Source of the DNA: Octopus sinensis
Lineage: Eukaryota
NCBI RefSeq assembly: GCF_006345805.1
Contig: NC_042997.1
Location: forward strand, 174,282,001 to 174,346,000
DNA length: 64,000 bases
Direction: 5' to 3'
Shown: in pieces, positions 12,599 to 26,689 of the stretch
Numbering within the stretch: the stretch's first letter is position 1
Layout: each line of letters begins with the position of its first letter
Position numbers and translations under genes: made by a program
The notes under the pieces: generated by a model
Databases searched by the model: none
Seen by the model: the letters and a program-made list of their open reading frames with translations, nothing else
Told to the model about the DNA's origin: nothing

Positions 12599-12728
12599 GT
12601 ATATATATATATAGAGAGAGAGAGAGAGGGAGAGAGAGAAAGAGAGAGATACTGAGAGAGAAAGAGAGAGATACTGAGAGAGAGAGAGCAAGAAAGGGAA
12701 CACCATAATCCGCCATCAGTATCAGTCG
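12465..12728. repeat. ~38-bp inverted repeats enclosing a microsatellite block
   Basis: CGACTGATACTAGTGTCGGATTATGGTGTTC vs reverse complement of GAACACCATAATCCGCCATCAGTATCAGTCG. Confidence 0.7.
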
Positions 12729-13651
12729 ATATTGTTTTATGACAATGTGTTACTATATACATATATACAGGCGGACAGAGAGAGAGAGAGAGAGGTGGGA
12801 GGTGATAGAGTGAGAGAAGATAAAGAGAGAGACCGATATACTCATTTATGAGTGTATTCTTACAATTTGGCCTTGTAGCTTAAAGTAAAAGTAATCATTA
12901 TTATCTAATCGTTACTTCTACAATTCTTACTTGATGTCCAAGAAAAGAGCAAGAAAAAGCTATTAATTTGTGATATTTATTGGCTTAAGATTATCCCTGT
13001 CATTATTTCATAATCCGCTAACCACTAATGAGTGTTTTCTCAACGTTGTATACATTGTTATTATATCAAGAATTCAAGAAATAAATATGAACAACATCAT
13101 AGAGTAACGATTCTGGACATTAATCTGTTGTATTTTTGCTTTTATTTTGTCATTTTGCGCATGCGTTATCTTAATCTACGAATAATTGGGCGGGAGCTCT
13201 CACCAGCATGATTACTAGCCAGTGCCACTAGGAAAATTGTCGTCCTATTTTAAACAAAATTGTCTATTAGAAGCAGACTACCTATTTTTCATTCCTATAA
13301 CAAATAATTTATCATGTCTGCATTTATAAATGCTCAATTATTTTACATTCTTGGGGTTATTATAGTGATAGTTTTCGAATTAATACCTTACAGGTATGTA
13401 GTGCACTGTCTCGTCGCTCAAAGTTCGAATTTTGCCGGTGTTACATCTCATTTTGTTTAAATACGTGTTAGGAATAAAGAGGAGAGTGACACAAGGGAGA
13501 AAAGAAAGACAAGACAATGAGTAATGTGTAAAAGAAGAAAATAGATATGAGAAGAGAAAGGAGAGAACTTGACAGAAGTAGTTAGAGAAAAGGAAATAAG
13601 ACAGGGGAGTCTGTATTGAAAATTTACCCAACATATGTTGTTAGTTATAAA

Positions 13652-13845
13652 GGTGACGATCCGGCAAAAATCGTCAGCACACCAGAGATAATGCTTGCCG
13701 GAATTTCTTCCGGTTTTACATTTTGACTCCAAATGTTGCTGAAGTCGACTTCACCTTTCACTCTTTCGGTGTCGATAAAACGTACAAGTTGAACACCGGG
13801 ATTGATATAATCGATTTACTCGCCTTGGGCCAAAATTTGAAGCCA
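13652..13845 (+). mobile_element. Old SINE, family A head with tail type B
   Basis: Diverged head and core motif GTCGACTTCACCTTTCACTCTTTCGGTGTCGATAA. Confidence 0.7.
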
Positions 13846-14363
13846 AAATTTATGTTTTAGAGTAACTGAGAATGTCGACAACCCATCGCTTGATAAAATT
13901 TCTTCGCTCTAAATAAACCAAATTTTATTTAACTGTTCCGAAAATTTTGACAAATATGATTGCAAAGAAACTTGAAAGAAGCCAACCACTATATTTTCTA
14001 TTCTGCTGTACAACAGTACAAATGTTACGTAAGACGTCATTGAAGAATCGATGTACCAGTAATTTTTTAGTTCAGATAATTCAGATGTAGATTTTACTGG
14101 ATTGAAAATACTAATAACCTGCTTATATGATTCCGTACGTATAGTAATACGAATTTTTAAAAAAAGGAATGACTATTTCAAAAATCCATTAAAATGACCC
14201 TGGAATCAAAGTTTCATTATGAACAGTTAAATTTATTGGTGTCATTCCTCCTCTTGAAGCTCAGCTCTCCGTCATTCCATGATTAAGCGGACCTGTAATC
14301 AAAACATGCTAGCCACAACTATATCTTTCCAAGCCCAGAATATATATATTATTCAATGAGTTT

Positions 14364-14761
14364 AAGGCGGCGAGCTGGCAGAAACGTTAGCACGCCGGGC
14401 GAAATGCTTAGCGTCATTTCGTCGGCCGCTACGCTCTGAGTTCAAATTCTGCCGAGGTCGACTTTGCCTTTCATCCTTTCGGGGTCGATTAAATAAGTAC
14501 CAGTTACTCACTGGGGTAGATATAATCGACTTAATCCGTTTGTCTGTCCCTGTTTGTCTCCTCTGTGTTTAGCCCCTTGTGGGTAGTAAAGAAATAGGTA
14601 TTTCATCTACCGCTACGTTCTGAGTTCAAATTCCGCCGAGGTCCACTTTGCCTTTCATCCTTTCGGGATCGATAAATTAAGTACCAATTGCGTAGCAGGG
14701 TCGATCTAATCAACTGGTCCCTTCCCCCAAAATTTTGGGCCTTGTGCCTAGAGTAGAAAAG
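14364..14761 (+). mobile_element. Dimeric SINE (A unit plus headless B unit) with 16-bp TSD
   Basis: Two B-box/core modules in tandem; ATTATTCAATGAGTTT at 14348-14363 and 14762-14777. Confidence 0.9.
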
Positions 14762-15893
14762 ATTATTCAATGAGTTTGTCCTTTTTCTATCACTGTGGAT
14801 TGTAATCATTTCTAGATGATCAAACCATCACGTCGAAACTCCCCCCCCCGTTATCGACTGTAGTTTTTGCAGTTTTGTCTTTTTCCTTATAACTGATGTA
14901 TGATATATAATTATATTGCTTAAATAAATTTAGAAAATTGTTAAATAAATAATCAGTTCAGTAGCGTGACTTTCGTAATCCATTCAGCACAATCGTTTAA
15001 GGACTTCATCTGCCAGTAGTTTAAAGAATTATACTAGACGAAGTTCATCCTACCACAATCAAAACTCATGGTTGCATTCGACATACAGCAGAGCAACTTT
15101 CTGAAACACGTGGTGAGACTGTGAGTCAACCTTAAAGCGACCGCTCGGTCTGACGTAAAAAAGAATCAAAGTTTTCATATTTACACCCAACACGAAATAT
15201 TGTGATCTCAGACACGTTAAGTATTTTGGTTAAAAGTTTTTTTTTTCTTTTCACTGTCAGGGCAGGCCTAGGGCTATATTATTAATACAATGAATGAAAT
15301 TGCTTAAAGAAGCAGCATATAATGCTTAGTGATAATTATATATATGTAGTCAGGATGATAAAATAAGTTATTGTCTTAACTAGTGACACATCATAGCGTC
15401 GGTAAAGCCGTGTGAAGTCTGAGACTTTCCGATAGATGTCTGTACTGCATTAGCTCGATTTTCAGTGGCACTCGAAGTAAGAAAAAATGAAAGACAGAGA
15501 GAGAGAGCGGCGGGGAGAGAATGCCATGAGTAGTAACAACAAAAAACGATATCATCAATGACACTTTTGTTAAGTAGACACAACACCAACACACATTGTG
15601 TTACATGTCTGTATGTGTGGATTTATATAATTTATATACGCTGCGATCATGAATGCAAATTTCTATTCAATAAGATTTTATTAAATGGAGTGTGCGACAA
15701 TATATGGAAAATACATATCATTGATTCTTTATAAACAGTTTCATTTCTAATTTTTTCATATCAATATTTTTTCCTTACAAAACATATATAAATCAATTTT
15801 GTAATGGAAATAATATATTTCTTAGGGCTATATTCAAGTTTACTTACTATTTTTCATATATTTCCCCGTTAACGACATGTTCGTTATACGTCT

Positions 15894-15934
<41 letters not shown>

Positions 15935-16384
15935 CTCTCTCTCTCTCTCTCTTTTTCTCTCTCTCTCTCGTGTCTCCCATTGATTTATTTTAGTATTCAA
16001 AAAATAATTTCTACGCCGCCATCTTGAGTGACTACATCATGTCTCAGATACATTTCTTTTTGTTTTTTTTTTGTTTTTTTTTTACATCTCGCGTGGAGCT
16101 GAGCTTTCTCATCAAAAATCAATAATGGATTTGTCGATTCTTCTTCAAATGCATTCACTACATCTGAACAATTAATTCACATTCTTTCCCCCACACCAAA
16201 CCCATACACCTCACTTACTCTTCTGTCATTAACTCGAGTGTGTTTTATTCCTCTTTAGATTGTCAAAATCTTAAATTCATTTACCGTTATTAATGGTTAA
16301 ACATTTTCTTTTATGAGATATCCTTTACGCTAGTTTACTGTTGTCGCTAGCTATGCTAATGACACAACAACATCAACAACAACA

Positions 16385-16435
<51 letters not shown>

Positions 16436-16436
16436 T

Positions 16437-16507
<71 letters not shown>

Positions 16508-16959
16508 TCAGTACTTAGTATTTGTTGTAGATTTCTGCTGTTGCTTTAGTTCTTGACTCAATTGATAATATATCGCTGGTTGCTAATGTTGTTACTTGTG
16601 ACAAAAGAAAATTTTTTGAGTTGGTTTTTTGTATATTCAGGGTTCAGCGCCAAGTGTTGCTGCTGTAACCCAACATAGACGAATTCTCTGTAACGTGAAT
16701 GTTCTCTATTTCCAAACGAAATAATGATTACCGAAATAGATCTTTTTTAAAAAAATATCTCTATCATCATTACTACCACCACCGTTACCATAACAACCAC
16801 CGTCACCATCATCATCATCTTCATCATCATCATCATCAGCAGCAGCAGCAGCAGCAGTGGTGCTATTGTTGTAATTTTAGAATTTCTCAGTATTTTACCA
16901 GTCGTTCAGCATTCATGTCCAATGTACACTGTATAGAACCACAAATAACAATTTTCTAA

Positions 16960-17850
16960 GGCCATATTGGTGCTTAAAATCAAAAATTGTCTTCCTCATT
17001 TCATAACGCTTCACGAAGACATATGCAATCGAGCAGATTTCTGAAGGTATTACACAGCGAAGGCCCCTTGATGTCGATACCATTCGTTTGAAGCCACTCC
17101 CTTTTTTGTTTTGTCTGTAGGTATTTCTTATAAGTTCTTAACATAACTCAATGATTTCCACTTCTTTATTTAGTACTAGCAGTATCGCCCGGCGTTGCTC
17201 GGGTTTGTTTCAACCCTTTAGAATTGGAATTTTTGAAAAGTAAAAATTTTGCATTATGTAGCTTGTTATTCTCTTTAAGTGAACATTTTGGGGGGGGGGG
17301 TTGAAATACACGGAAAAATGGTGACACAGCAGTTAAAAAATCGCAAAAATTAGGGATTTTCATAGAAAAAAAGCACCTTTTTTATGTAAATAATTTTTGG
17401 TGTTAACATGGTCTGATTTGAATTTTTTCTTCTACGGAAGGAAGAGCAAGCCTTCGTCTATCATACTCTCAATTTTGGTCAATTTGTGCTGCATGCTCTT
17501 GGAGTAGATAGTGTTAGTTGAAGGCTACCAAACCTGCCATACACAGACAACTTCAGCTTTATATATATAGAGATAATAATAATTATAAAAATATCAGAGT
17601 TTTTATAGAAAGTTTCTTAAGTTTTTCAGGTCGCAATACATTCTTCCAAATCTATTTCACGCAAATCCTGCTGCTACCATTCAACCACCACCACAACCAT
17701 CAATGAATTCGTGTACTGTCTATATTAGGTCATTCACACGCTTGTCATCTCCAGTATTCGTCCAGAAACAGAAGAATGGTTTTTGATTGCCACACTATAT
17801 GGCATATGTATCCTCATCCAGCCCGGTTTTCTATTTTAAGCTAATGCACA
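16960..17850 (-). pseudogene. Possible Tc1/IS630-like transposase remnant split by a Helitron
   Basis: Weak motifs LDEDTY (~17820) and EWLQTNGIDI (~17090); heavily degraded. Confidence 0.3.
17176..17573 (-). mobile_element. Non-autonomous Helitron, second family
   Basis: Minus: A|TCTCTATATATATAAAGC...CCCGAGCAACGCCGGGCGATACTGCTAG|T. Confidence 0.8.
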
Positions 17851-18068
17851 CAGTTAACGCTATGTAGCGGCGCTAAAGGCATTGATTAAAATAGAAGAAC
17901 AAAACGGTCTCTTTGGAATATTCTATTTTTAATAGGGATAAGTTTGGTCTTTTACTACTAACAATTTGTCTTCTTTGTCTCTATTTATTTAAGTATGCAT
18001 AGTGATAGGCTGGAACTTTCGAAATACACACACACGTACTCGCACTCTCTCTCTCTCTCTCTCCCTCT

Positions 18069-18127
<59 letters not shown>

Positions 18128-18147
18128 ATATATATATATATATATAT

Positions 18148-18185
<38 letters not shown>

Positions 18186-18489
18186 TTGTATGTATTATTA
18201 ATCTGCGTGTGTATGTATGTTTATAATTATATATTATATATACAAACGGATAAGTATATCTGTCTATCTATCTCAATCTATGAATCCACACACACACACA
18301 CACACGTACACACGTGTCTGTGTGTGTGCAACTTAACATTGTCAGATATACTACGCCAAAAAGTAGTATCAGGTTCTACAGTAAAACTGGCAGTTATTTA
18401 CTGTTACAAGAACTGACTGGTTTGGAGGTTGAGTGTCTTGATCAAGGACGCAAATGTACAGTAATGATGAGAAGCTAAAGAGCTGTCAA

Positions 18490-18930
18490 ACTTTGATATT
18501 CAAACCATCTATTTCTCACCAACACAGCCAGTTATGGAGCTAAAATGATGAGACGCATTTTTATGGTAAACACCTATTTGATGATGGTGCAGCAGTACTC
18601 CGCCTCCGAATGCAGCAATCGGTGTCACATCAGGTGGTGGTGAAGCAGTTCTGCAGGTGCTTCGGTCTCCTCCACTATGACTCCAGAGTTTCCTGGAGCC
18701 AGCTACCAATGTAATTGGCAAAACTCACGCGCAACAGTACGAGCTTTGCCGAGTTAGATTTCGCAAGTCCTGGCCAGGTGTTTCTTTTATTCTCATCGCT
18801 TGGATCTTGTTGCACCAATCGTCCTCTCTCGTAGGCCAGTTGTAATGATTTGCTTTCTCACCTGCTTCTAACAATTCTCTGGCAACACCTTTCCTTCTCT
18901 CTTTAGCAGCTAGTCTAATTGTGTCTTAGA
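18490..18930 (-). pseudogene. Degenerate RTE-like LINE linker region
   Basis: REDDWCNKIQAM, HLQ/ELLH, GEIDGLNIKV resemble the EN-RT linker; many frameshifts. Confidence 0.35.
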
Positions 18931-19385
18931 TACCACATTCACGAGTTATGCACGTAGTGAGTGCAGGAAAACTAAGTCACCTAGGTGGAGTTCTTCATTT
19001 TGAAATTTGCTCAGCGAGAAATATCAAACTGAAAATTGTAATCTTAATGTTTTACTTCACTCGTCTCGAAACGAAAGATACAAATGGAAAACAAAACAAA
19101 CAACACAAAGATGACTTTTCATCAGTTGTTGGCTGTTTTTCTACTCTCCTATTTCGAGCATTTAACAACAATATACGCTTTCAATAAAACTTTTGTTCCC
19201 GGAAAGCAAATTAAATAAAATTTTGGATTTTGCGGAGGGTAAAAATTGGTTACACCACAGACAGGACAGTGAAAACAAACAGGAAGTGCTACAAAGCGTA
19301 AACGCGGCTGTGATATATATATATATATATATATATAGTAAGAGAAAAGGAGGAATTTCTATTATCACCACGTGGTGAGTTGTAA

Positions 19386-19708
19386 TATATATAAGGAATT
19401 AAAAAAATAAAATAACACACTTTACAAAGTTTTAATATAATTTTTACTATATCGACCGGTTTCGCTTTCGCTATTCATGATATTAAGGTTTGCTTATTAT
19501 AATATGTATTTTCTGAAGAATAAATTTTTGTCCATGTTGTGTGTGATGATATTTACGAGTGAATGACAAGTAGAAAAATAAGGGGAGGTAATTGGTTAGC
19601 GTTATAATTGTTATTGTTGCGGGCAAGATATATAACCAAAGCGAAACCGGTCGATATATTAAAAATTATATTAAAACTAGGTGTTTGTATCTTCCTTTTT
19701 TAATTCCT

Positions 19709-19712
<4 letters not shown>
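19386..19712. mobile_element. Head-to-head pair of short hammerhead-bearing elements
   Basis: 19386-19470 and 19636-19712 are inverted homologues; left arm (minus) ATATC-ATGAATA-GCGAAAGC-GAAA-CCGGT-C-GATAT. Confidence 0.7.
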
Positions 19713-19786
<74 letters not shown>

Positions 19787-19789
<3 letters not shown>

Positions 19790-19950
19790 GCTTTTCACAC
19801 AGTTTACATCTACCAAATTCACTAATAAGTTAATGGCCGGCCTAGGGCTATAGTAGAAGAGATTGGACAGATTTGTCAAAAGTGTTACGCTGTGGGACTG
19901 AACCGGAAGCACATCCCAGTTGAGCGAGTTTCTTAACCACACAGTCATAT
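19787..19950 (-). mobile_element. SINE family M, 5' half (old)
   Basis: Diverged A/B boxes and CORE-like segment. Confidence 0.7.
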
Positions 19951-20281
19951 ATACACCTCTACGGAAACTTATAACAAGAAGAGTTGATTTGGATTGTTAA
20001 TGTAATTATATCAATTGTTGCTTACGAGTTTGTTATAGTAGCCTGACTCTTCTTTATTTTTCTAATTCATTTCTTAGTTTCTTTGTTGTATTTTATTAAC
20101 TTACGCCTCGTCGTATATACATATAAGGTTGTTTCTGCCCCATTTCTTTAATTCATTTTCATTTTCTGTGTTGTAATTCGAATTACTATTTTCTGTTTTA
20201 ATTAATATGCTTGCAATAAGGGTAGCTTTGTTTTACCTACCCATTTACTTTATTGCTGATGTTGTTCTTTGTGTTATTTGT

Positions 20282-20467
20282 GGGCATGGTTGCATGGTCA
20301 AAAAACTCGCTTTGCACAACTTCGTGGCTTTGGGTTCAGTCCCTCGGTGCGGCACCTTAAGCAAGTATTTTCTACTATAGCCCTGAACCGAGCAACGCCT
20401 TATTTATAAGTGAATTTAGCAAACGGAATTGTGGGGAAGCCCGTCGTATAAGTTGTGTGTGTGTGTA

Positions 20468-20499
<32 letters not shown>

Positions 20500-20690
20500 C
20501 GTGCGCGCGTACCTCCATCGCTTGGCAACCGGTATTTGTTTCTTTCTGTTACATAACCCAGTGGTTCGGCATAGGTGACGTTAATATTAACTACTGGGAT
20601 CGATTTGTAGGATTATTTGTAAGATTCCAGGGCAGTGCCACAGCATGATCACAGTCCGATGAGTGAAACAAGTAAAAGATAAGCGATACC
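20282..20690 (+). mobile_element. SINE family M, old full-length copy
   Basis: GGTTCAGTCCC B box, GCACCTTAAGCAAG core start, tail GTGAAACAAGTAAAAGA. Confidence 0.75.
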
Positions 20691-21471
20691 ATTGTTGAAT
20701 AAATGTGCAGTTCTTCGTTAGTTCTGCAGCTGGCCATTGTTTTATATATCATTAAATCATTCATCATATAACGAAAGGAATTTATGGTTTGTCCATAACA
20801 TTGTCCATAACATTGGCTTATTGATTTAGGAGATGTGTAAATAGAATCAGTAACAAAGAAATGTAGTAGATTTAAGGAGACTCCTTGAAATTCCTCTTTT
20901 TCTGCAGACAGGGTTGTTTTTTTTTTATCATCTGTATATATTGCAGTGCCGATGAAAATCTTTCCGCTTTAATATCTTGTGGTTGATATAATGTCTTGAT
21001 GTTAGAGCTGGTTTGTTTATCTACAATGGCTCCAACATGTACGGGTCTGATATGCCGTCTAAAGCTTTTCAGTAATCTATTCTCATCATGTTTAGATGTT
21101 GCTTTTTTAAAATAACAGTTTGATTTACCAATAGCTATTTTTTAAATCCATACTCTCTTTCAGACGCCGTTTCAATTCTCCTTGTAGGATTTTACTATTA
21201 CTTCGATGAACGGTCAAGCTGTTTAAAAGTATACTTGTCAGCACATAGTATATTGGTTAAAGAAGTCGAATACGCTGTTTTTATGGTGTTTTTTTTTTGT
21301 TTTTGTTCAATAGATGTGATATAATCTTCCTCCCTCTGTAGTAAGCAGTCGGTTGTTGATCATTCATTTTATTGCGTGTTGCTAACAGACATTATAGTTT
21401 GCTTTCTTTTAATTTGAAAACGGAAACAACCATATACAAATATATACATGAAAACATCAACAATCATCACC

Positions 21472-21583
<112 letters not shown>

Positions 21584-21623
21584 GTTGATACACACACACA
21601 TACACACATATATACATACATAC

Positions 21624-21662
<39 letters not shown>

Positions 21663-21678
21663 CATACGTGTATATATA

Positions 21679-21742
<64 letters not shown>

Positions 21743-22984
21743 AAAATCAACACCGCACATCACAATTACGAGTATTTCAACAAAGTTATCAACAGCAGCA
21801 AGCACGGCTGTGTGAATAAAGATCAAAATGTAAGTCAAGAGAATTAGCCATTGTATGAAATGAGAATTGTATAATGAGGAAGCATCTATGTGGCGATTTG
21901 AAGTACTAGAAATAAATACTAGATAGTCCTCAAGTCATACTCTACCAACTTAAGAATGAAAGACACATTGAAAAATGTTGCTCTGGAAAAACGCAAAGAC
22001 GGCATGTGTATGGCTGGAACATCTTTGATCACAAATGGTCTCCATCTGGGAAAACATTCTCTAAGCAACAACAACAGCAACAGGAATACTGGAGTTGGTT
22101 GGTACCAGAATCTAAGTTCTAAACAATATCTTTCATTGTTATTTTTACAATTCATTTGGCAGTTTCTGGATCGTTCAGGAGAATACGTCCACCAAATTCG
22201 CAGGTAGCGGTGCCCTTAAGCAATTTAGATCTTCCTCACAATATTCAAAATATAAAAGAAGACACTGGTTTCCTCTCTGACACCGCAAACCAAGAAACCA
22301 GAAGTAACCCCCAACACTGCATCGTGCAACGAATAGAGAAATGAATAATCAGGCCAAAATTACATAACGAGTAATACAGCAATAAGAGGTCGCAAGGCTA
22401 GTTACTTGCAAGCTTGTAAATGATAAGGTTTCCTACGAGAAAAGGTGACAGAATAGCATTTCATTATTTTGTATATTATTATAAAATAACATTGTAAGTT
22501 AAAGCAGACGATGCTGTAGTAAAAATGAAATGGCACGAAGGCACTTTCCTTAAACCGAGTGATGTTCGGCTACCAATCAAATGTATTGTGGAAACGAAGT
22601 TAACATTCCCTTAGTCTAAAAAAAAACAGTATAATATAATGGATGAAGTTGAAAGGAATGAGGACAAATTTTTGCCTCTGATGAAATCGCCATCAACTTC
22701 CCTGAAATGTAATATCATGATAGAGAAAGTTGTGCTTTTTTTAACTACTGCAGCGTAGATGAAAGGCACTAAAATCCAATTAAGCCTTGCTTTCGAATTG
22801 AGAAAAGGGATATCCACAGATGTAAGCTTAGTCGGGATTTTGAATTGTCTCTGAATGAGTGAGACCTCTATTATAAGCAGAACACAATTACTGTGTGAAT
22901 ATTTCATATTCGCTACATAATTTCTGTGTACATGGATTGTGCAATGTAATATTGTATGCATGTCTGTGAATCAGCATATATGTG

Positions 22985-23016
<32 letters not shown>

Positions 23017-23241
23017 GTGCATGTAGCAGCAGACACAACCTAATAATGTGAATAGTGTGGGTCATAGTTAAGTTTCTAGAAATTTAGCGACTGATTAGTG
23101 CTAATTTCCTACATCTAAAGAGATATCCAGTCTTTACGATACAGTTTTAGCAATATTCAGTATATGGTTTTACTATGGAGGACCGTCAGAGATTGTGGCC
23201 TAGCATTTGTAATAATATTTTCAAAGACTGAGTATATCAGC

Positions 23242-23304
<63 letters not shown>

Positions 23305-23499
23305 CCCAGATCAGCTGATGTACTTACTCCACATCACTATATGTTTTGCTAGGATAATTCCTTGCTGTTGCTGTTTTTGTTTTTGTTTTTTGATGTTGTT
23401 ATTGTCGTTCTTGTACTGAGTCTAGAGCCAGTATACAAACAGTTGGACGCTTTGAGGGGGATTTCTGTGAGATTATGTATGCGAAAAACCCGTGTTTGC

Positions 23500-24200
23500 A
23501 TAGATGGAGGACGTCATATTAATAATGTCGAATGCCAAAAATATCGACACAATCAGTATTATCCTAATGGAATACGTGGCAGTGACAGGAACCAAAATAA
23601 ACCAGGAGATTTAGTAGAGCCTGCAGCTCGGCACCTAGTAGAACATGTCCATACCATCCAACAGCATTCTGAGGTGCCGGATGGGCCGGTTGGATTGATC
23701 GAGGTTTTGCTTGGTCCTGATCTCCAGGTGGACAAGATCTGGAAAGAAGTGATGAGCAGGGTAGCTGCTCCTCCAGAAATGGGTGGAGAGAAAAATAGTT
23801 CTGTAGAGTTGGACGAAGGCAGCAAATATCTACATCATATCCGTCATGTACTACCGCTTGACTTTGTCTAGCTTCAGAGCAGAACTGAACGGGAATCTTG
23901 GTCTTCCGCTTGCTACACGGTCCATTTGCTGCCGAATTCCGTTGAGCAGAAGGCAGAGCATACCTTAGCTAATAATGTACCTACATATTCTGAGATCATG
24001 ACATCTCCAGCGATTCCTTGATGGTAAGCGTGTGTGCTCGACGTTTGCACATGTGCTTTGTCTCTTTGACAGAGATGCAGTCCTAGATCAAACATTGTCC
24101 GAAACAAGGTACCTGGAACCTAGAATGCCATCAGGCACTCGCAACACTCTACCAATTGAGCAGCGCGGTCGTTGGATGATCTACCGTGGAGTTCTGTAGA
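23500..24200 (-). pseudogene. Degenerate RTE-like LINE fragment
   Basis: EYVGTLL, KVCSAF, SVLL*S, CCLR, WYGHVLR in the expected order across frames. Confidence 0.55.
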
Positions 24201-24771
24201 GAATTAGTTATTAGAATTAAAGAATTAGGATAAGAGCGTATTAGGTGAGACTCTAGGCGTCTATGAGAAATTAACTAGTTTTCCAGAAAACTTTTGGGTC
24301 GTGGCTCCTGGATAGTTTCTCGAAATTTCTGGCCTAGCAGAGGTACCGTGAATTGGTAAGTAGTGGTATTGCCGGTTTCGTATAAGCTGTACAGGCATAG
24401 AAATGTCATCCGCTGTACTTTCCTGAGAAGAACCGTCAGCGACGCAACTGCCATGCATGCGCTCGACAATGCTCGAGCACAGCTGACTTGTCTAATTATG
24501 CTAAACAATTGTAGGACGGATCCGACTAGCTGCGGGCTCCATCGTTAAGATTACTAGTCACTTGACTTTTGCAAGGAAGTGCAGTCACTTTTCCTTTGTC
24601 TGGGGGAAGAGGTTGTGTGATGGAGGAAACTAAAAGGACTGAAAACAATCATTTTCTCGTTTGAACTTGCTGGCCTAGAACCAGAATTAGAAACTATTAT
24701 TATTATTATTGATTGATTGATTGATTGATTCTAGTTTCAGCTCATGAGCTGTGGCCATGCTGGGGCACCGC

Positions 24772-24820
<49 letters not shown>

Positions 24821-24881
24821 TATTATTATTATTATTATTATAATCATTATTATTATTGTTGTTGTTGTTGTTACTATTATT

Positions 24882-25105
24882 AAGGCGGCGTGCTGGCAGA
24901 ATCATTAGCACGCCGGAGGAAAATTCTCAGCGGAATTTCATCTGTCTCTACGCTCTGAGTTCAAATTTCTTCGAGATCGTTTTGCCTTTCATCCTTTCGG
25001 GGTCGATGAAATAAGTACCAGTCAAGTTCTGGGGTCGATGTAATCGACTAGCTTTCCGCCTTCCCCAACATTTCAGGCCTTTTGCCTATAATAGAAAGGA
25101 TTATT
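24882..25105 (+). mobile_element. SINE head A/tail B inside (TTA)n
   Basis: AAGGCGGCGTGCTGGCAGAATCATTAG head, core motif, tail GAAAGGATTATT merging into (TTA)n. Confidence 0.85.
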
Positions 25106-25118
25106 ATTATTATTATTA

Positions 25119-25183
<65 letters not shown>

Positions 25184-25239
25184 GTTGTTGTTGTTGTTGT
25201 TGTTGTTGTTATTATTATTATTATTATTATCATCATCAC

Positions 25240-25311
<72 letters not shown>

Positions 25312-26340
25312 CATTATTATTTATTATCATCATCACCATCATCATCGTTAATATAATCATTATTATCGCTACATTATCATCATTGAACATTATTACAAAT
25401 TGTTAAAAAATAAAAAGAATTGTATTGTTTTCGAAATGTTTTTAGTTCTGTTGATGGTAGTTAGACGAGAAGGAGAAAAAAATATCAATTATCGATTTCC
25501 GAATTGATGTACTCAAGGGAGGAATGGAAAAGTATTTGTCTGTCTGTGCAACTCTGGTACCATGATTTTTTGTTTTTATTTTTTTTTACGGTATGTTCTA
25601 TAAAAGAATGTTTAATTAGCGATATATTGACACCTAAATCGATGTGTGAACCCTGGTAAGACGGTTAATTACCGAACACATGGTTGGTCGACTAAAATCG
25701 ATAGTCAGCCCCTTTAAGAACTACGTCGTTTGCATTGCTTATATCAAATATACAGATTTCTCGAGTTTTCTACTTGTTTCAACACATACAAAAAAAAAAG
25801 ATGTCTATTGTCATAGATGGATATATTAATCAACTCACACAGAACCAATCAGCTTCGAATAATGTCATCGATATATAACCAGTTCAGAATCCGATAATCT
25901 ATCATGTTTTTACAGATAATGGAACACGGCTACTACAAGAAATATTCTGTAAGGACATAGAAATGTTACATCCATTAATCCGCCATCGTTTAAATCAATG
26001 ATGTTTCTCATTGATCTACGTCCATAGTCTTCAATAATATCAGTAGCGCGGCACAATACGAATTTGCCAATCTTAATAACACACTAATACGCCTCAGATG
26101 TTTATGATGATGATGATGACGATGTTGACCGGGCGGTGGGCGGTGATCTTGATAATAGCAGTGACATTGTGTCTTCAAAGGCGTTTAAGACCATACTATG
26201 AAAGATGATGGTAATGATGATGATAATATCAATCAGAATATGATCATTCCTATCGCTTCTTGTCAGTCATTGTCTCACTTTGTTTTAGATGTCATGCCTT
26301 TAGCCGTCTGGAGCAGAGTCTGTCAATATATATAGTCTGT

Positions 26341-26395
<55 letters not shown>

Positions 26396-26650
26396 CAGTA
26401 ATATATGAATGCTTGCATGCACCTACACGCACGCATACACACACATACACACACGCACGCAGGCAGCCACACATTTATGTGAGTGTATGCAGCTGTCTAT
26501 GATACTTTAAAGCCTTTTTGTCTCACGCAAGAATTCTTCTCCGTGAAAGTGCAGTGAAAAGCCTTTATAGGTCCAAATATCTTTCATACACAGTGAAACT
26601 GACCTTAAAGCTTGTATTCTCTCTGTCATTGTTACGCTCACCTGCTCACT

Positions 26651-26686
<36 letters not shown>

Positions 26687-26689
<3 letters not shown>

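Noticed and set aside
14980-15170. Faint Tc1/mariner HTH resemblance
   Set aside because: Too degenerate to support
16014-16026. YY1-like motif CGCCGCCATCTTG as a promoter
   Set aside because: Single short motif with no CpG island or other support
21919-22960. Short unique ORFs
   Set aside because: No motifs recognised; could be old TE debris
25917-25949. 33-nt plus-strand exon candidate (TTTTTACAG|...|GTAAGG)
   Set aside because: Short pyrimidine tract; such signals are expected by chance in 64 kb
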